DNA from: Eledone cirrhosa
Taxonomy: Eukaryota
Direction of reading: 5' to 3'
Length of the DNA stretch: 64,000 nucleotides
Assembly (NCBI GenBank): GCA_964016885.1
Contig: OZ024741.1
Coordinates: forward strand, 116,560,001 to 116,624,000
A model generated the notes under the pieces. It ran no database searches and was not told the DNA's origin. It saw only the letters and a program-made list of their open reading frames with translations. Shown piece after piece: positions 16,087-29,925 of the stretch; the first letter of the stretch is position 1; each line of letters begins with the position of its first letter. Made by a program: the position numbers and the translations under genes.

Positions 16087-16320
16087 TGTGTTGTATTTGG
16101 TCCTAGATCTATGTATTACCTGCCTGTGTGTTGTAGGTAGTCCTAGATGTATGTATTACCTGATTATGTGTTGTATGTGGTCCTAGATGTTTGTATTACC
16201 TGATTATGTGTTGTATGTGGTCCTAGATGTGTGTATTACCTGATTATGTGTTGTATGTGGTCCTAGATGTGTGTATTATCTGATTATGTGTTGTATGTGA
16301 TCCTAGATGTGTGTGCTACC
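16087..16320. repeat. 40-bp minisatellite, about 6 copies, inside the hAT element
   Basis: Unit tgtgttgtatgtggtcctagatgtgtgtattacctgatta. Confidence 0.9.
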
Positions 16321-18310
16321 ACGCTTCTGTGTTTTTAAAATTTTTTTTTATTTGTAATATTATTTATACAATAGGAAATAAAATAGATCTACATAGTGTT
16401 AACTCGTTATGGTTGAGTCAATAATTTCAGACATGAAATACATTGTTATCGGTGAAGAAAAGACAAGATTCTAACTGGCTGCGCTTGAAGTGTCATTGAC
16501 CCAGTTGACTGGGTTTTTCCATTGTTAGGATATCAATTGCCGGTTAATGTCTAAACACGCCTGCACACCTGCTCACAGCTGCGGTCAGACCATAGTTATG
16601 CTGTGTGCATGCTCATTCAAATGCATTCACACTGGCTGTCTCAAAGACATACAAATATGGCTTATAAAACTTACCAAAGTAAAGAGCCTTCCAGTGCACT
16701 CCAAAGCTCCAAACGCTCCCCTTGCTCGCAAACGCCCCCCTGGAGTTACGAAACGCCCCCTGGGGGTGCATATGCCCCCTGTTGAGAACGTTTGTTCTAG
16801 AGAAACCAATATGCTACAGGTACTATCCAAGTGAGAATTAATGTGCAGTACAGCACAGAAGCATGGAATTGTGAATAAAGAAGCAGTAGGCCTACCTTAT
16901 CTAATATGTCCTTTCCTTAAGAAGACAGGATAGTTGTGATTCGCGGAAAGTTTAGCTGCTATTTCTAGCAGGTCATATCATCACTTAAATGCTAGCTTGT
17001 TGTTTCATAGATGGGAAGAAAGTAGGTAATTACTCTCCATATTAAGATTGTTATACAGTGAGAAAAGCAGTCAAAACAGAGAAATGTTTATACTTAGTAG
17101 AATGAATATGCAGTAGTGTGTGTATATTATATTTTTTAACACATTACAAGAAATTATACAGCAAGAATAAGAATACTAATAGAAATGTTTATGCTTAGAT
17201 TAGATACCCAGTAGTACTTGAAATGTTGAACTTAGTTTTAGGTTTATATTTTCTTAACCCTTTCATGACAGCATTTCTAATGAAATACACTCTATTTTAA
17301 TTTATTAATGAAGAATTATGAGGTATTTGCTAAAATTATTAATTATTTCATTACTAAGATTGTAACTTAATGTAAGGTTCTTATATAAAATTGTTGGGAG
17401 ATTTTAATTTAAATTAATGGGTGGTTTTGTTTCACAGAATCAGTGCTGGTTTTGGCTGGGTTGGTAACTAAAGGGTTAATTTGAGTTTTCTTCCATTTTT
17501 TTCATTTTATTTTAAAATGTAACTGCAAAGATTTCAATTTAAAAAATTTTTGTTTTTGTTTTTTTAATTAAAAAGAAATATATATATTTGTATTTATTTA
17601 TTGACTTATTTAAAAGTTAATTTCTCTTTTATTTTACATATATCTTAAAGAATATCTTTTTGACCAAATCATTGGTAAATTAAGGTTAAGAATAAATCTA
17701 TCTATTTGAAATAACTCCCTGAAACATTTACAGCTTCAACACACAACACAACATTTCTTAGTAAACTCAATATCTTTTCAAAATGGAAACATTTTTTTGT
17801 AAGATAGGGTGAGTGATTGATAAAAAAAGTTTGGTTGAGAAAATGTGTTACATTTGTCATTTTTGGTAATTCTTTTGTTTTGTTGTTGTTTTGTCACCAC
17901 TAAAATGGAAACACAGAGAGCTAAGTAAACATTAGATTAAAAAAATAAAGTATATATAAATTTTTAGAATAAAATTTAGTCCAACGAATGCCTGGATAAA
18001 AATATGCACAAAAACAAAAACACAAAAAACGACGATGATGGTGATTTCTTAACAATTTAAAACTGTACTCAGCTCTCTGCATATGTTTAATTTTGGTGTT
18101 ATTTAAAAAAAAAAAACAACTTAAGAACAATCATCACGTTGATATTTTAAGTATGTTTCAAATAAGTATAACAAGAGTTCCCTTTTCCTTGTTAAAACTG
18201 CCACTGGCTGATTACTTTATCTCTAACACACACTTCAGTATCTTAACTTTCATCACCACAACACTCCATTACCTACTCTCTTTTCTCTTTTTACTATTTT
18301 ACATAAATGT

Positions 18311-18612
18311 GAAGGCACATGGCTTAGTGGGTAGAGTGTTGGGTTTGTAATGGGGTGGTTAGGAGTTCAATTCTCAGACCAGGTAATGAGTTGTGTCCTT
18401 GAGCAAGACACTTTATTTCACATTGCTCCAGTTCACTCAGTTGTAGAAATGAGTTGCGATGACACTGGTGCCAAGCTGTATTGGCCATTGCCTTTCCCTT
18501 GGACAACTTCGGTGGCATGGAGAGGAGAGACTGGTATGCATGGACAACTGCTGGTTTTCCACAAACAACCTTGTCCCATGGTCATTTGTAACTGAAGGGG
18601 GTCTTTATCCCT
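18311..18612 (+). mobile_element. CORE-type tRNA-derived SINE (family 2)
   Basis: tggcttagtgg A box, gagttcaattc B box, CORE-like tgtgtccttgagcaagacactttatttcacattgctccagttcactcag. Other copies at about 3190-3342(-), 19060-19310(-), 20049-20170(+), 46640-46853(-) and 61988-62130(+). Confidence 0.8.
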
Positions 18613-21600
18613 TTGACCCTTTTTAGTAGTAGTAGTAGGAAGTGTGCAGAAGGATAATAGTCTATACACTTGTGTATTAGTCATACTTCCATTTTAATTA
18701 CATATGTTTACAATGTACCATATATTTTGAATTGAGGTTTTGTAGGTTCAGTAGATAAGTCATGTACTAGTTCTTTTACATTGTATTTTCTTGGAAAAAG
18801 TGTGACTTTTCCATGAATATATATAGTATACACATACACAAACACATACATATTTATCTATGCCATAGCTACTCATATATAAATCAAGGTACACTTCCAT
18901 TTCTCATACATGTACAATGTCCCATATATTTTAAAGTGAGGTTTTTTAGGTCCAGCAGATCATTTGCATATTTCCACAACACATTTTTAGAGAAAATGTG
19001 TGAATTATACATGATTATATATGGTATAAAAAGTCTAAAGTCTGTTACGAGCCCGGAGGCTCATTAGACTAGTACTTATCCCAGTTTCTGTGGTGTTAAT
19101 CGACTGAGAATACAAGACTTTCCCTTGAACAGGTCACCAGTCCATCACAGGGTTAAACGCCCAGCTATTGATGGTGCTTATTTTCTGGAGCAACGTGAAA
19201 TGAAGTGTTTTGCTTAAGAAGACAACACAAAACCTAATTCAGGAATCAAACCCATGACATTATGATCATAAGTCCAACGCCCTTACCACTAGGCCATGTG
19301 CCTCCACATATATGGAATATATCAAGTTTTAATGGTGTTCTGAATGTAATCAGGGCAGAGCTAATGTGTGATTAAAGATATTTAGAATCTTCAAAGATGA
19401 CATTAGATGTAAGGTTTAAGTTTATCCATTATTCTACCAGTTGTGATGCCTTCTGGAGTAAGATACATAATTCTGCTTGCTTTATTCCTTCTTTCCTTCC
19501 TTCAGTCACCCGCCACCACTTCAAGTCATTGTTAACATCTTTCTAGGTCTTGCTGCAAGTTCAATGAGATATCACTTCATCTTCAAACAATTTCCATCTC
19601 ATCACATTGTTCACTGTGTTTAATATCTTTGTCTCTGTAGTCATAGAAACCATCATCACCACCGTCATCATTATCTTACATCAACTTTCCATGCTGGTAT
19701 GACTTTGATATACTGTCATGCTTCTCTATGTAAGTTCTTATTCAAACTTTCTGCCCTCGTAAATGGGTCAGAGAACCACAAGCCTCTCCTACGTTCATTT
19801 TTGGCATGGTTTCTATGGCTGCATTACCTTCCTAACACCATCCATTTTACATAGTGTACTGGGTGTATTTTATCATGGCACCTGCACTGTAGATATTGTC
19901 AAATCCTTGACATGGCCAACAATTCCTCTACGCTGGCTCTGGAATATATAAAGGAGCCATTTTTGCTAGAATTAACAACTACATTTCTCTGAAATCATAC
20001 TCTTTCATTTTTAAAGATAAGTGAAGGACATATTGGATAACTATAATTGAAAGGTGTGTGGCTTAGTGGTTAGAGAATTGGATTCACAATTGTGAGGTTG
20101 TGAGTTCAATTGCTGGACTTGAGTGATGTATTATGTCCTTGAACAAGAAATTTTATTTCATGTTGCTCTTTCTGCCAGGAGTTGCAACCGATAGGTAGTA
20201 TCGGCAATGGTAAGACCAATGGAAACATTATTTCCTTGGTCCGATTTGATGAGTCCCACCCCACTCAGAAGCGAATGAGGTCTGGAATCTTGTCTGTTAA
20301 TGGTTGAAAAGATGAGATGGTCATATTTTATCTAACAACCAAGAAGTTAAATATTGTAAATATGTAACCCCATTCTTTATCATCTGTGCTTCTTCACTAC
20401 ATTTATTAATATGTTAAACATTATCTATATTAGAGCAACTTTATCTCTTAACTGATAAAATATTTATAGGTCAGTTATTCTATTTGAAAAACAATTATTA
20501 TAGATAAGAAGGGCGGTGGATTGGCAGTATCGGTAGAAAGTCGGACGCCATGCTTTGCAGCAAAGAGTTACTTCCCTTTACGGACTGAGTTCAAATCCCG
20601 CCGAGGTTAACTGCCTTTCATCTTTACGGGGTCGATAAAATAAAATATCAGTAATACACTGGGATAATTGCTGGCCTTGTGCCAAAAAGTAGAAACAATT
20701 ATTATAGATAAGAAGTTTGGAATGTGTGCGTCCCAAAACTAAAATAATAAGTCGATCACTGTAAATGATAGATGATGTGACAGGAAAAAAGTGGACAGAG
20801 GCACCTGCAATGAATTGAACTTGCAGATGCTGAGTGAATGCAGACATTTCAAATTTTCCCAATATTTTTAAAGTCAACCCCAGTCCACACTCTAATGTGG
20901 TCGTGTAGGTGTCACGACATGAAGGACCCAGTACTCACTGTAAATGTGGTTGGTGTAAGGAAAGGCATCCAGCTGTAGAAACCAAGCCAAAATCAGTTCT
21001 GTATGAGCAAAACATGGTCACCTGACCTAGTATTGCCAACAACAGGACAACTTGTCTAACCCATGCTAGTGTGGAAAAATGGACATAATACTGTGGATAT
21101 GCTCTGAATTGGCACAAATGTAATTTTATTGGAGTGAGTAAAGTGCATTTGTGTACATTGACGCCTCTACATAGCTAGCATTTATTTTCTAGAGTGCAGA
21201 AAGATAGATAGGGCAGCAAAGTCAAACTTGGTGTGACTTAAATTAATGAACAAGTTGAATTATATATTCTCAGCAGTCACCACTACTATGTGTTTCAAGT
21301 AATATCAAATTTAGAAGAAATAAACTATCCAAGTCATCCAGAAATGTTAACTATGCTGCTCAGCAACTGGAGACATCTATAACCTACTGAGTATCTAACC
21401 CTTTTGATACCAAACCACCTGAAATCACCCCTGATTCTATCATACAAAGCTGTTAATTTTAAAGTGTTTACATTTATCTATAAATTTTCCTTCGGAATTT
21501 TATGTAAGAACCTTTGTTAAGTTATGTTCCAAACACCAATTTAACAATGAAAAAGTAATTTTACTAAATCTTCTAAATTCCTGATTATTTTCAAAATCAT

Positions 21601-21651
21601 TTGATAATTATAGGTTGTGCCTTTCATCAGAAATATGGTACTGAAAGGCCA

Positions 21652-22645
21652 TGGAGGCAACACATACGTATTGGCCAGTTCTATAGATTCAACACATACT
21701 AGTTGCCAGTTCTATAGAGGCAACACATACATACTATTGGCCAGCTCTGTAGATTCAACACACTGTTGGTCAGTTCTATAGAGGCAACACACATATTATT
21801 GACCAGTTCTATAGTGACAACACATACATACTATTGACCAGTTCTATAAAGACAATACATACAATTGCCAGTTCTATAGTGACAACACATGCATACTATT
21901 GACCAGTTCTATAAAGACAATACATACATACTACTAGCCATTTCTATAGAGACAATACATAGATACTATTGGCCAGTTCTATAAAGACAATACATATTGT
22001 TGGCCAGTTCTGTAGACTCAACACACATATTGACCAGTTCTATAGAAATAACACCTTCTGTTTGCCAGTTCTGTAGAGACTACACATACATACCATTGGC
22101 CATTTCTATAAAGACAATGCACACATACTACTAGCCAGTTTTATAGAGATAATACATATATACTATTGGTCAATTCTGTAGCATTCTGATAATACATTCA
22201 GAGTTGCTCAGTTCTTTGAAGACATTTGCATGAATTTAGTAAAAGACACAAGTCATAAAAAAAGAACTTTATTTGAGAAAAAATTGGCATGAATAATCTT
22301 TAGACTCTTCTTGACCCATCTACTCAATGAATCTGCTGCAAGCATTGATGACTACTTGACATGCCCAAATCAATTCTTGGGTCATCTTGCCTTATGAGAT
22401 GGCACAGAGTTTTGTTGGTAGGTGTATGCTCTGCCTTTAAGACAACATGCCTTTTCATTTGCTGTCTTAGCTTGATGTCTGTCATCATTTATCTGAAAAG
22501 AAATGATAATCAGAACAAGTTAGAGCTATTAAAAATTGGGTCCTCAAAGAACTGAGCAACTCTGTAAATACTATTGGCTAGCTCTTCAGAGGTAACACAT
22601 TCATATTATTGGTCAGAACTATAGAGACAATACATAGTGTTAGCC
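21652..22645. repeat. Minisatellite of about 30-36 bp (tattggccagttctatagagacaacacatac), split by a MITE
   Basis: About 15 degenerate tandem units at 21652-22180, resuming at 22570-22645. Confidence 0.85.
22199..22564. mobile_element. Tc1/mariner-like MITE
   Basis: 21-bp TIR cagagttgctcagttctttga / tcaaagaactgagcaactctg, with TA after the right end. Confidence 0.75.
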
Positions 22646-22664
22646 ATCAAAGGAGCTGAATAGC

Positions 22665-23440
22665 TTCTGTTTTTCTTCACCCATTTATTTCTAGTAGCGT
22701 TTTGGGTCCTATCAGAAGCAACTGTCTCCAATTGATCCAGTTGGATCCCCAAGCGAGACCAACCAAGCTCATGGTCTACCTCTGGGTCTCCGACCAGTTG
22801 GTTTTGCACGCAAAATCTGTCCACTGATTTTTCCTTAAACCTTCTAATCACTTGTCCATAGTTTTGGATCTATGATCTCTCAATTCGGAGAATTAGCAGC
22901 TCTATCTAGAGTGGCACCCTAATTTCTGAGCTATGTTCTCTATCGAGTAATGTTACCCTAAAAATCCTTCGGAGGAACCCTATTTTGGCCGTATGTATTT
23001 GCAATCATTTTTTCAGTCATTACCCAAGATTCATGACCATAGGTAAAGGTTGGCACAAACGCTGAATAGAAGATAACATGTTTGGCTTTTACACCTACCT
23101 CACTTCTTCCGATAACTAAGTGCTGAAGCTGGAACATTACTGCACCAGCTCCTGCAATTATTGCTTCAGTGGAACACCACTCACATGTAGAGTGCATTTT
23201 TCAGGCTTCTTTGTGAGGATAAGTGTCTCAACCTTTGCAGTACTGATTTTCATTCCTGCCGTGCAGCAACCCTAGTGTATGTTGGAGATCACCTTCTGAT
23301 GAGGGAAGTAATACCATATCATCCGCAAATTCCACCCAACTAATCCTACATCCACCAGTCTTGATATCACTTACAACCTGGCTGCATATGTCAATCCTGT
23401 TCATGAAAATTATGAACAGAAGAGGTGATAATACACACCT
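22665..23440 (-). mobile_element. Decayed RTE-clade LINE 3' fragment (second RTE family)
   Basis: LSPLLFIIFMNRID...EFADDMVLL and FVPTFTYGHESWVMTEK. Related 3' ends at about 30480-30810(+) and 39210-39380(+). Confidence 0.75.
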
Positions 23441-25488
23441 TAGGGTTGAATAGCTGTATACATAAATCATCATCAAACAAAATAGAAAGGTTGGAGATAT
23501 TTTCATTTGTGAAACAGTGGAATTCGAAGAAACTGTTGATGGTCTGTCAGTAAATAGTAAATATAAAAGATGATAAAAATCCCATACTGCTGTAAAGAAA
23601 TCTAATATTTTGAGCAGCAAAACACTTTGTGAGAGTGAGATAAAATTTCTACCAGCAGCTGAAGAATTGTCAGATACTTTAGTGTGTCAAGCAAAATATC
23701 ATCTTGCAACATTTATTCTCACTTCAAATTCTGCCACGTTCAACTATGCTATTCATCCTTCTAGAGTCAATAATTAAAGTCCCAGCAGTTCTAGGCAATG
23801 GTCTAGCAGAAACATTAAAATATCATACATGAGGCCTTGAAATATTTGTTCTGCTTCTTTGTGTTCTGAGTTCAAATCCCTATGAAGCCTACCTAGGTAG
23901 TAGACTTAATCCATTGCCTAGTTCAACATCATTATCTGGCCCTTGGGTTGCCACCAGCAAGATTAGATCTCTAGTTTTACTATATTGCCCAGCCTCATGC
24001 CTCTTGACTAAGCAATAAAAAAAAGACTAAAAGTAGTGTGTGTGTGTGTATGTGTGAGAGAGAAAGAGAAAGAATAAAATTAGTTCATATACTTTTCTAC
24101 CCTGAGTAAGTGTTTTATATGATGATATATGTTTATTAATTGCTGTACTTGTTCTTCATTGTTGTTATATGTTATGATCTCTTTTGTTTACGTTATGACT
24201 TATCTTTTGTAGTAAGTTGTCTTAATACATGTTCTTCATTGTCATATGTAATGCTGTCATATGTGTAATCTTTTGTACTAAGATGTCTCAATTTTTTTTA
24301 CTTGCTGCAATAATTGTCATATGTAATGACGTCATTTTTTTGTAGAAATATGTCTCAGAAATTCATCTTTAGGCAACTTGTCTTGTTTTTTCTTAATCAT
24401 GTGCATTGTGCTGCTGCTACAAAATATGAGATCTGTTATGTCAAATAATATCCACTTCCTTTATTAAGCATTCATGAATGAGTTTAAAGATAACTATGTT
24501 TATATATATACTGTATGGCTTCTTGAATCTTATCTGCATGACATTAAAATAAATATAAATATATGCAACATTTAAGTAAACCAAAGACAAAATAGTGATT
24601 AACTCATTGAAAAAAGAAAAAGAAATAAATTTACAGTTCACATCAATGCAAGTTTAGCTAGCCTCCTACATAGTTGTACCTCTTAGGAGGTTTCTCGGGT
24701 GTTTTAAGGATAGGGGCTTCCAGTCCTATCATGAAAAGCAGAATGAAATAGAGCATCTTATTAAAGAACACAACATGCTGCCCAATCCAGGAATTGTATT
24801 CTCAGCTTTATGATTCTGAGTCCAATGACTTAAGTCGATTAAAGTGAACATTTAGCTACAAATCCAAGACAACACCAAGTATTTTCTAACAGTTGTGAAA
24901 ACTGTTTTGTAAGTTTTGTAATCCAGTAGATAAGACACATGCAGGTTTTTTGTATCATATTATCATGGAAAAAGGTGCAACTTATACACAAGAATATATG
25001 ATAATACTTTTTATCAGGAACATTTTCTTAAATCTTATAAACAAGATAGATTGATAAAATTGAAAGTTGTAACTATATATATATACACACACACTCACAC
25101 AGAACCAGTTCTGTATGAGCAGGACACAGTCACCTGATCTGACTTGCCTCACAATGGTTAGACTTGTCTAACCCATGCAAGCATAGAAAAATGGATGTTA
25201 AACTGATGATGATGATATGGTAGATATGTGTGTAACTATAGTTACAGGCAGTTTATCAGGTAAAACAGTCAATGCTGTTACGAGGCTCCATCTCATATAA
25301 GGTTTATACTTCAGTGTACTCCATGGTTAAGGTGGCTGTCATGTACAGAATGTAAATATAAGTAAACAAGAACAAAGTCAAGGTTGCACCATAATTGAGC
25401 TTTTGCAGATGACAATTGTTTCGATATTAATCAGCTCTCATCAAATGTTCATTTGTAGGCACAGAACATATTCTAATGCACCTACGAA

Positions 25489-25580
25489 TGCATATCTGAT
25501 GAAATGTTTGTGCAGAGTCAGGCCCCGAACTTTATCATCGGACCCTGAGCTGATCAATATCGAAACAATTGTCATATGCA
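25489..25580 (+). ncRNA. Type I hammerhead ribozyme with long stem II
   Basis: tgcatat-CTGATGA-[59 nt]-GAAAC-aatt-GTC-atatgca: perfect 7-bp stem I, palindromic stem III (acaattgt), GUC site, overlapping AATAAA. Confidence 0.8.
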
Positions 25581-25625
25581 ATAAAGTTCATTTATAGAGC
25601 AACCTTGACATCGTTCTTGTTTACT

Positions 25626-25657
<32 letters not shown>

Positions 25658-25700
25658 CACACAAGTTTCAAACTGAACCCATCCTGATCTCTATATAATA

Positions 25701-25742
<42 letters not shown>

Positions 25743-25866
25743 TATAAGGATAAGGAACAAGGATTCAGTGTTGCATCATAATATATTTAATAACATATTA
25801 CATATGTTTCACTATCGATCAGCTCGAGGCAAGACCTACTTTAGACCGAACCTGACTCTGTAATAG

Positions 25867-27570
25867 CGGGAGAAGTACCTAGCTAAAAGTAAACCTCTAT
25901 ACTTGGCACTTGGGGACTTGAAGAAAGCTTTTGACAGAGTCCCCCGTTCCATTATCTTGTGTGCTCTTAGAAAACTTGGAGTGGATGAGTCACTTGTGAC
26001 AGCAGCACAAGCAAGGTTAGAATTAACAATGACTATAGTGATGAGTTTAGCATGGAGTAGGCTCCATTCTTAGTCCTCTCCTGTTTATTGTCGTGCAGGC
26101 TATAACGGAAGAGTTTAAGATCGGCTGCCCATCGTAGCTTCTGTATGCCAATAAGCTAACCCTTATAGCTGAATCTATGACAGAACTAGAGTAGAAATTC
26201 CAAACCTGGAAGCAAGGCCTAGGATCTAAAAGTGTTAAGGTCAACCTGGCAAAGACCAAAGTCCTAGTATGTAGAAAGGATACCAGAGCTCAGATTCCCT
26301 CGGGGGAAATGGCCTTGCTCAGTGGGCAGGAAAGGAGTAGGTAGAAACTCCATCCTATGACCCAAATGCAAACTATAGGTACACAAGAGGTAGTGGGATC
26401 TCAGGCCAGCAAAGAACGCAGAGTTTGTATGTGGTCGTTGGACAGGTGCAGTAAGTAGCACACAGGATACTAACTCCTTTAAATGCCCAGAGGGCTTGGT
26501 AGAAGTAGTTGATAGTTTCCGTTACCTGATTGACCAAATTAGCAGTGGAGATGGATGTTGCAAAAGCACTGTAGCTAGAGTGACAGCGGGATGGAGAAAG
26601 ACTGCTGCTAGCCACAGAAGATTTTCCCCTGAAAATGAAGGGCAAATTATATGATGTATGTATACAACAATGTTGCATGATAGTGAGATCTGGGCTCTGT
26701 GTGCAGAAGACCTGTGAAGATTGGAAAGAAATGAAGCTGGTATGCTTCGATGGATGTGTAATAGTAATATATATGAACGGCAAAGCATAAATGAACTGAG
26801 AGAGAAATTGGGCATAAGAAGGATCAGATGTATATACTATGTATATAATATATAACATATATATAGTATAGGTGATTCAGTGAATTACTGGTTATGAGAA
26901 ACTAGGCATAAGAGGGATCAGATGCAGTATACTAGAGAGGAGATTGTGTTGGTATGGATATGATGCATATGAAGGATGACAGCTGTATAAAAAAGTGCAT
27001 AGTGCTCAAAGTTAATGGAATCTATGGAGTAGGAGGACTTGGGATGAAGTGATAAAAGCTGACCTTACACAATTGCACCTCTCGAAGGTGATGACACAGG
27101 ATTGAGATCTTTGGCATTATGCAGTAATACAGAAGACATGTAATAAGCACTACCTTCCCCTCCATCCCCCTTCCATACACCTACATCTGAACACTCCACC
27201 CATGTTACACTTCTCCTATGTTGTAACAGTCTGCCCCTCACACATTTCCCTAGATCCACCTCCCCAATTGCCATACACTTCTTCCACCAAAGTACCAAGC
27301 CCACACTGTCAAGTGGTCATGATAGAGACATGACAGAAAGCACCCAGTACACACTATAAAGTGGTCATGTAGGTGTCAACAAAAAACACCAGTACACACT
27401 GTAAATGTGGTTGGTGTTAGGAAGGGCATCCAACTGTAGAAAGCAAGTCAAAATCAGTTCTGTATGAGCAAGACACAGTCACCTGACCTGGCTTATCTCA
27501 CAATGGGGCAACTCATCTAACCCATACTAGCATAGAAAAATGGGCATCAAACGGGGATGCTGATGACGAT
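25867..27570 (+). mobile_element. Decayed RTE LINE 3' half
   Basis: DL.KAFDRVP, PHD-like C/H motif, LHDSE.W, RRL.WYG motifs with stops and frameshifts; 3' UTR and (GAT)n tail. Confidence 0.85.
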
Positions 27571-27702
27571 GTTGAACTATTAATCCCACAGTTGTACCTT
27601 GAGCTGATCGATCGTGAAACGCATGTAACGTGAATAAACATAATGATGCTTCCTTCCTGCTCCTTATTATTAATAATATATATATATATATATATTATAT
27701 AG

Positions 27703-28167
27703 GGTTTCCCCCTGCGTATGAAAGGCCGGTTATATGATGCCTGTGTGAGATGCACGATACTGCATGGTAGTGAGACATGGGCAGCAACTACAGAGGATAT
27801 ACGACGGCTGGAGAGAAATGAAGCAAGCATGCTCTGTTGGATGTACAATATCAATGTGCGTGAACAACCAAACATAGATGAGTTGAGAGAGAAACTGTGT
27901 ATAAGAGGGATAAGTTGTGGTGTGCAGGAGAGAAGACTGAGTTGGTATGGACATGTGATGCACATGGAGGATGGCCGCTGTGTAAAGAAGTGCCAAGAAA
28001 TCCCAGTAGAAGGAAGACCATGAAAAACATGGGCAGACCTCAGATTGCTGAAGCTCATGGAGGAGATGATGAAGGACCATGACAAGTGGAGAGATGCTGT
28101 GCTGAATAGGACCCGTCCCACCCTTGCAAGCAGGGAAAAGCGGATGTAAAATGATGATGATGATGAT
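27703..28167 (+). mobile_element. RTE LINE 3' fragment
   Basis: MKGRLYDACVRCTILHGSETW...RRLSWYGHV, ending in (GAT)n. Confidence 0.85.
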
Positions 28168-28667
28168 ATATATATATATATATATATATCATCATCATCA
28201 TCATTTTATGTCCATTCTTCCATGCTAGCATGGGTCAGACGGGTTGTCCTGTTGTGGGCAGTGCCAGGTTGGGTGACCTTGTCTTGCTCATACGGGAACT
28301 GATTCTGGTTTGATTTCTACAGTTGGATGCCCTTCCTAACACCAACCTCATTTACTGTGAGTGCTGGGTGCTTTTTTTCTGTGGCGCCTACATGACCACT
28401 TTAGAGTGTGGGCTGGGTGCTTTTTTGTCATGACACCTCCACAATCACTTTGTCTATATGCTTCAGCTTTGGCTTGTACATGTGGGAAGTTGGGTCTTCA
28501 CATGGTTAAAAGTTCAGATAACAAAAGTTATGCCACAAAATCAATGTAGTTCCACAATCAGCAAGATAAGCCGAATCATATATTCTCATATATTCATAGG
28601 TATAATGCATAAAGTATTAGGAAGCAAACTTTGAGTGAATATATCTAATGCATCATATGAATATATA

Positions 28668-28766
28668 CAGGGTGTCCTCCTAAAATGTATACACACTTTG
28701 ATTACCTGTACAGGCAATATTTATTAGAATGCTGGTGAAGTGTGTATACAGTTTTGGGACACCCTG
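28668..28766. mobile_element. Tiny mariner-like MITE (about 99 bp)
   Basis: TIR cagggtgtcc..aaaatgtatacacactt / aagtgtgtatacagttttgggacaccctg, with TA on the left flank. Confidence 0.7.
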
Positions 28767-29739
28767 TGTGTATATATATACAATTATATATATATATATA
28801 CATACACACATATATATGTGTGTGTGTTACATTTCTATTGAAATTGGTTCTCGATATAACTAGTCAAATGTGTTTGGGGTTTCATAATATCCTATTTGAT
28901 GGCATATAAGACCTTTGGGCATAGAAAACCCATGAGATTATCAAGAAAAAAATCTGTGTAATGCTATTAAAACATGTAGCACAATTTCACATAGGGTATA
29001 GTGGCTTTCTTTACAAAAATGAAGGTTTTCTATGCCATCAAATATGGTATTTGTTAGAATTTGTTGTTGTTGTATTATTTTATACATGCATATCAGTTGA
29101 AATCTTGGAATTTTAATATCAGGAAGGGACCAGTGCTGACACACCACATTCGCTGCAAATTGGACCGACGATTCACACATGAAGAATTTTTGTGGGCTGA
29201 ACAAAAAGACAGAGAGACAAAGAAAATAAAAATAAAAAAAGAGAAACTCTGAATTCCCTTTTACTAAAGAAAAATACTAACTTTGCACATATATTTTTTG
29301 GTTACTTCCAAGGATTTGGTGAAGTTGAAAAGACACTATTTTAGTGTATGATCACTAACTTTAAACATCAGACTCAATATGACTGATTGATTAAAAATAT
29401 TAATAATATTAATACTAATCATCATTAACATTTTTGCATGTTATATTTTCCCCCTTGGAATTTTTCAAGGAAAGTTTTCAATTCACCAACATCTTTGATC
29501 TTGCCTTTTTTGTTTGTTTTTATTTTTTTCTCCGGTTATTTTCAAATGTTTTCTTCAATAAAAGATAGAAACTTTATATTTTGGACATTTGTTTTTTATT
29601 TCTTTTCGTGTCTTTTAAATAGTTGCATATATTATTAGAGGTGGATTTTCACTGTGGTAGATGTATCATAATTATCATCATCGTTGTCGTCAACGTCATT
29701 GCCATCATCATCATCAACACCACCATCACCACCACCATA

Positions 29740-29925
29740 CATGGTGCAAATATATGATATGTTGGAATGACACAGGACCTCTTGAAACAGCGGTACAACT
29801 CATATATCATGTCATTTAGACATCAACATCTGAAAAATCAACAGCACTGGCTACCCGTGTATGAGAGCTTAAAAATATGAACATACCTCACAAGGTAGAA
29901 TGAAGCATCTTGGAGAAGACCAAGC
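29740..29925 (+). mobile_element. Penelope-like element GIY-YIG endonuclease remnant
   Basis: YVGMT...KQRYNSY..SFRH...(S)TALA.RV*ELK...V.*SILEK, with one frameshift, matches the PLE EN motif YVG.T...K.R...H..SF...ST.LS..IW.LK. Confidence 0.65.

Larger units (their letters stand above)
14363..16794 (-). mobile_element. hAT (Buster/Charlie-type) DNA transposon, internally deleted
   Basis: TIRs cacaggttctcaac / gttgagaacgtttg; perfect 8-bp TSD TTCTAGAG (14355-14362 and 16795-16802) with the central TA typical of Buster; subterminal aaacgccccc repeats at both ends. Confidence 0.93.

Noticed and set aside
21652-22180. CRISPR-like repeat array
   Set aside because: Units are contiguous degenerate tandem repeats with no unique spacers, no cas genes and a eukaryotic context.
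29858-29905. Two conserved Trp positions read TGA in the Penelope fragment (recoding or selenocysteine)
   Set aside because: The fragment is also frameshifted, the positions are Trp rather than Cys, and the related copy at 51.3 kb has TGG; ordinary decay is enough.
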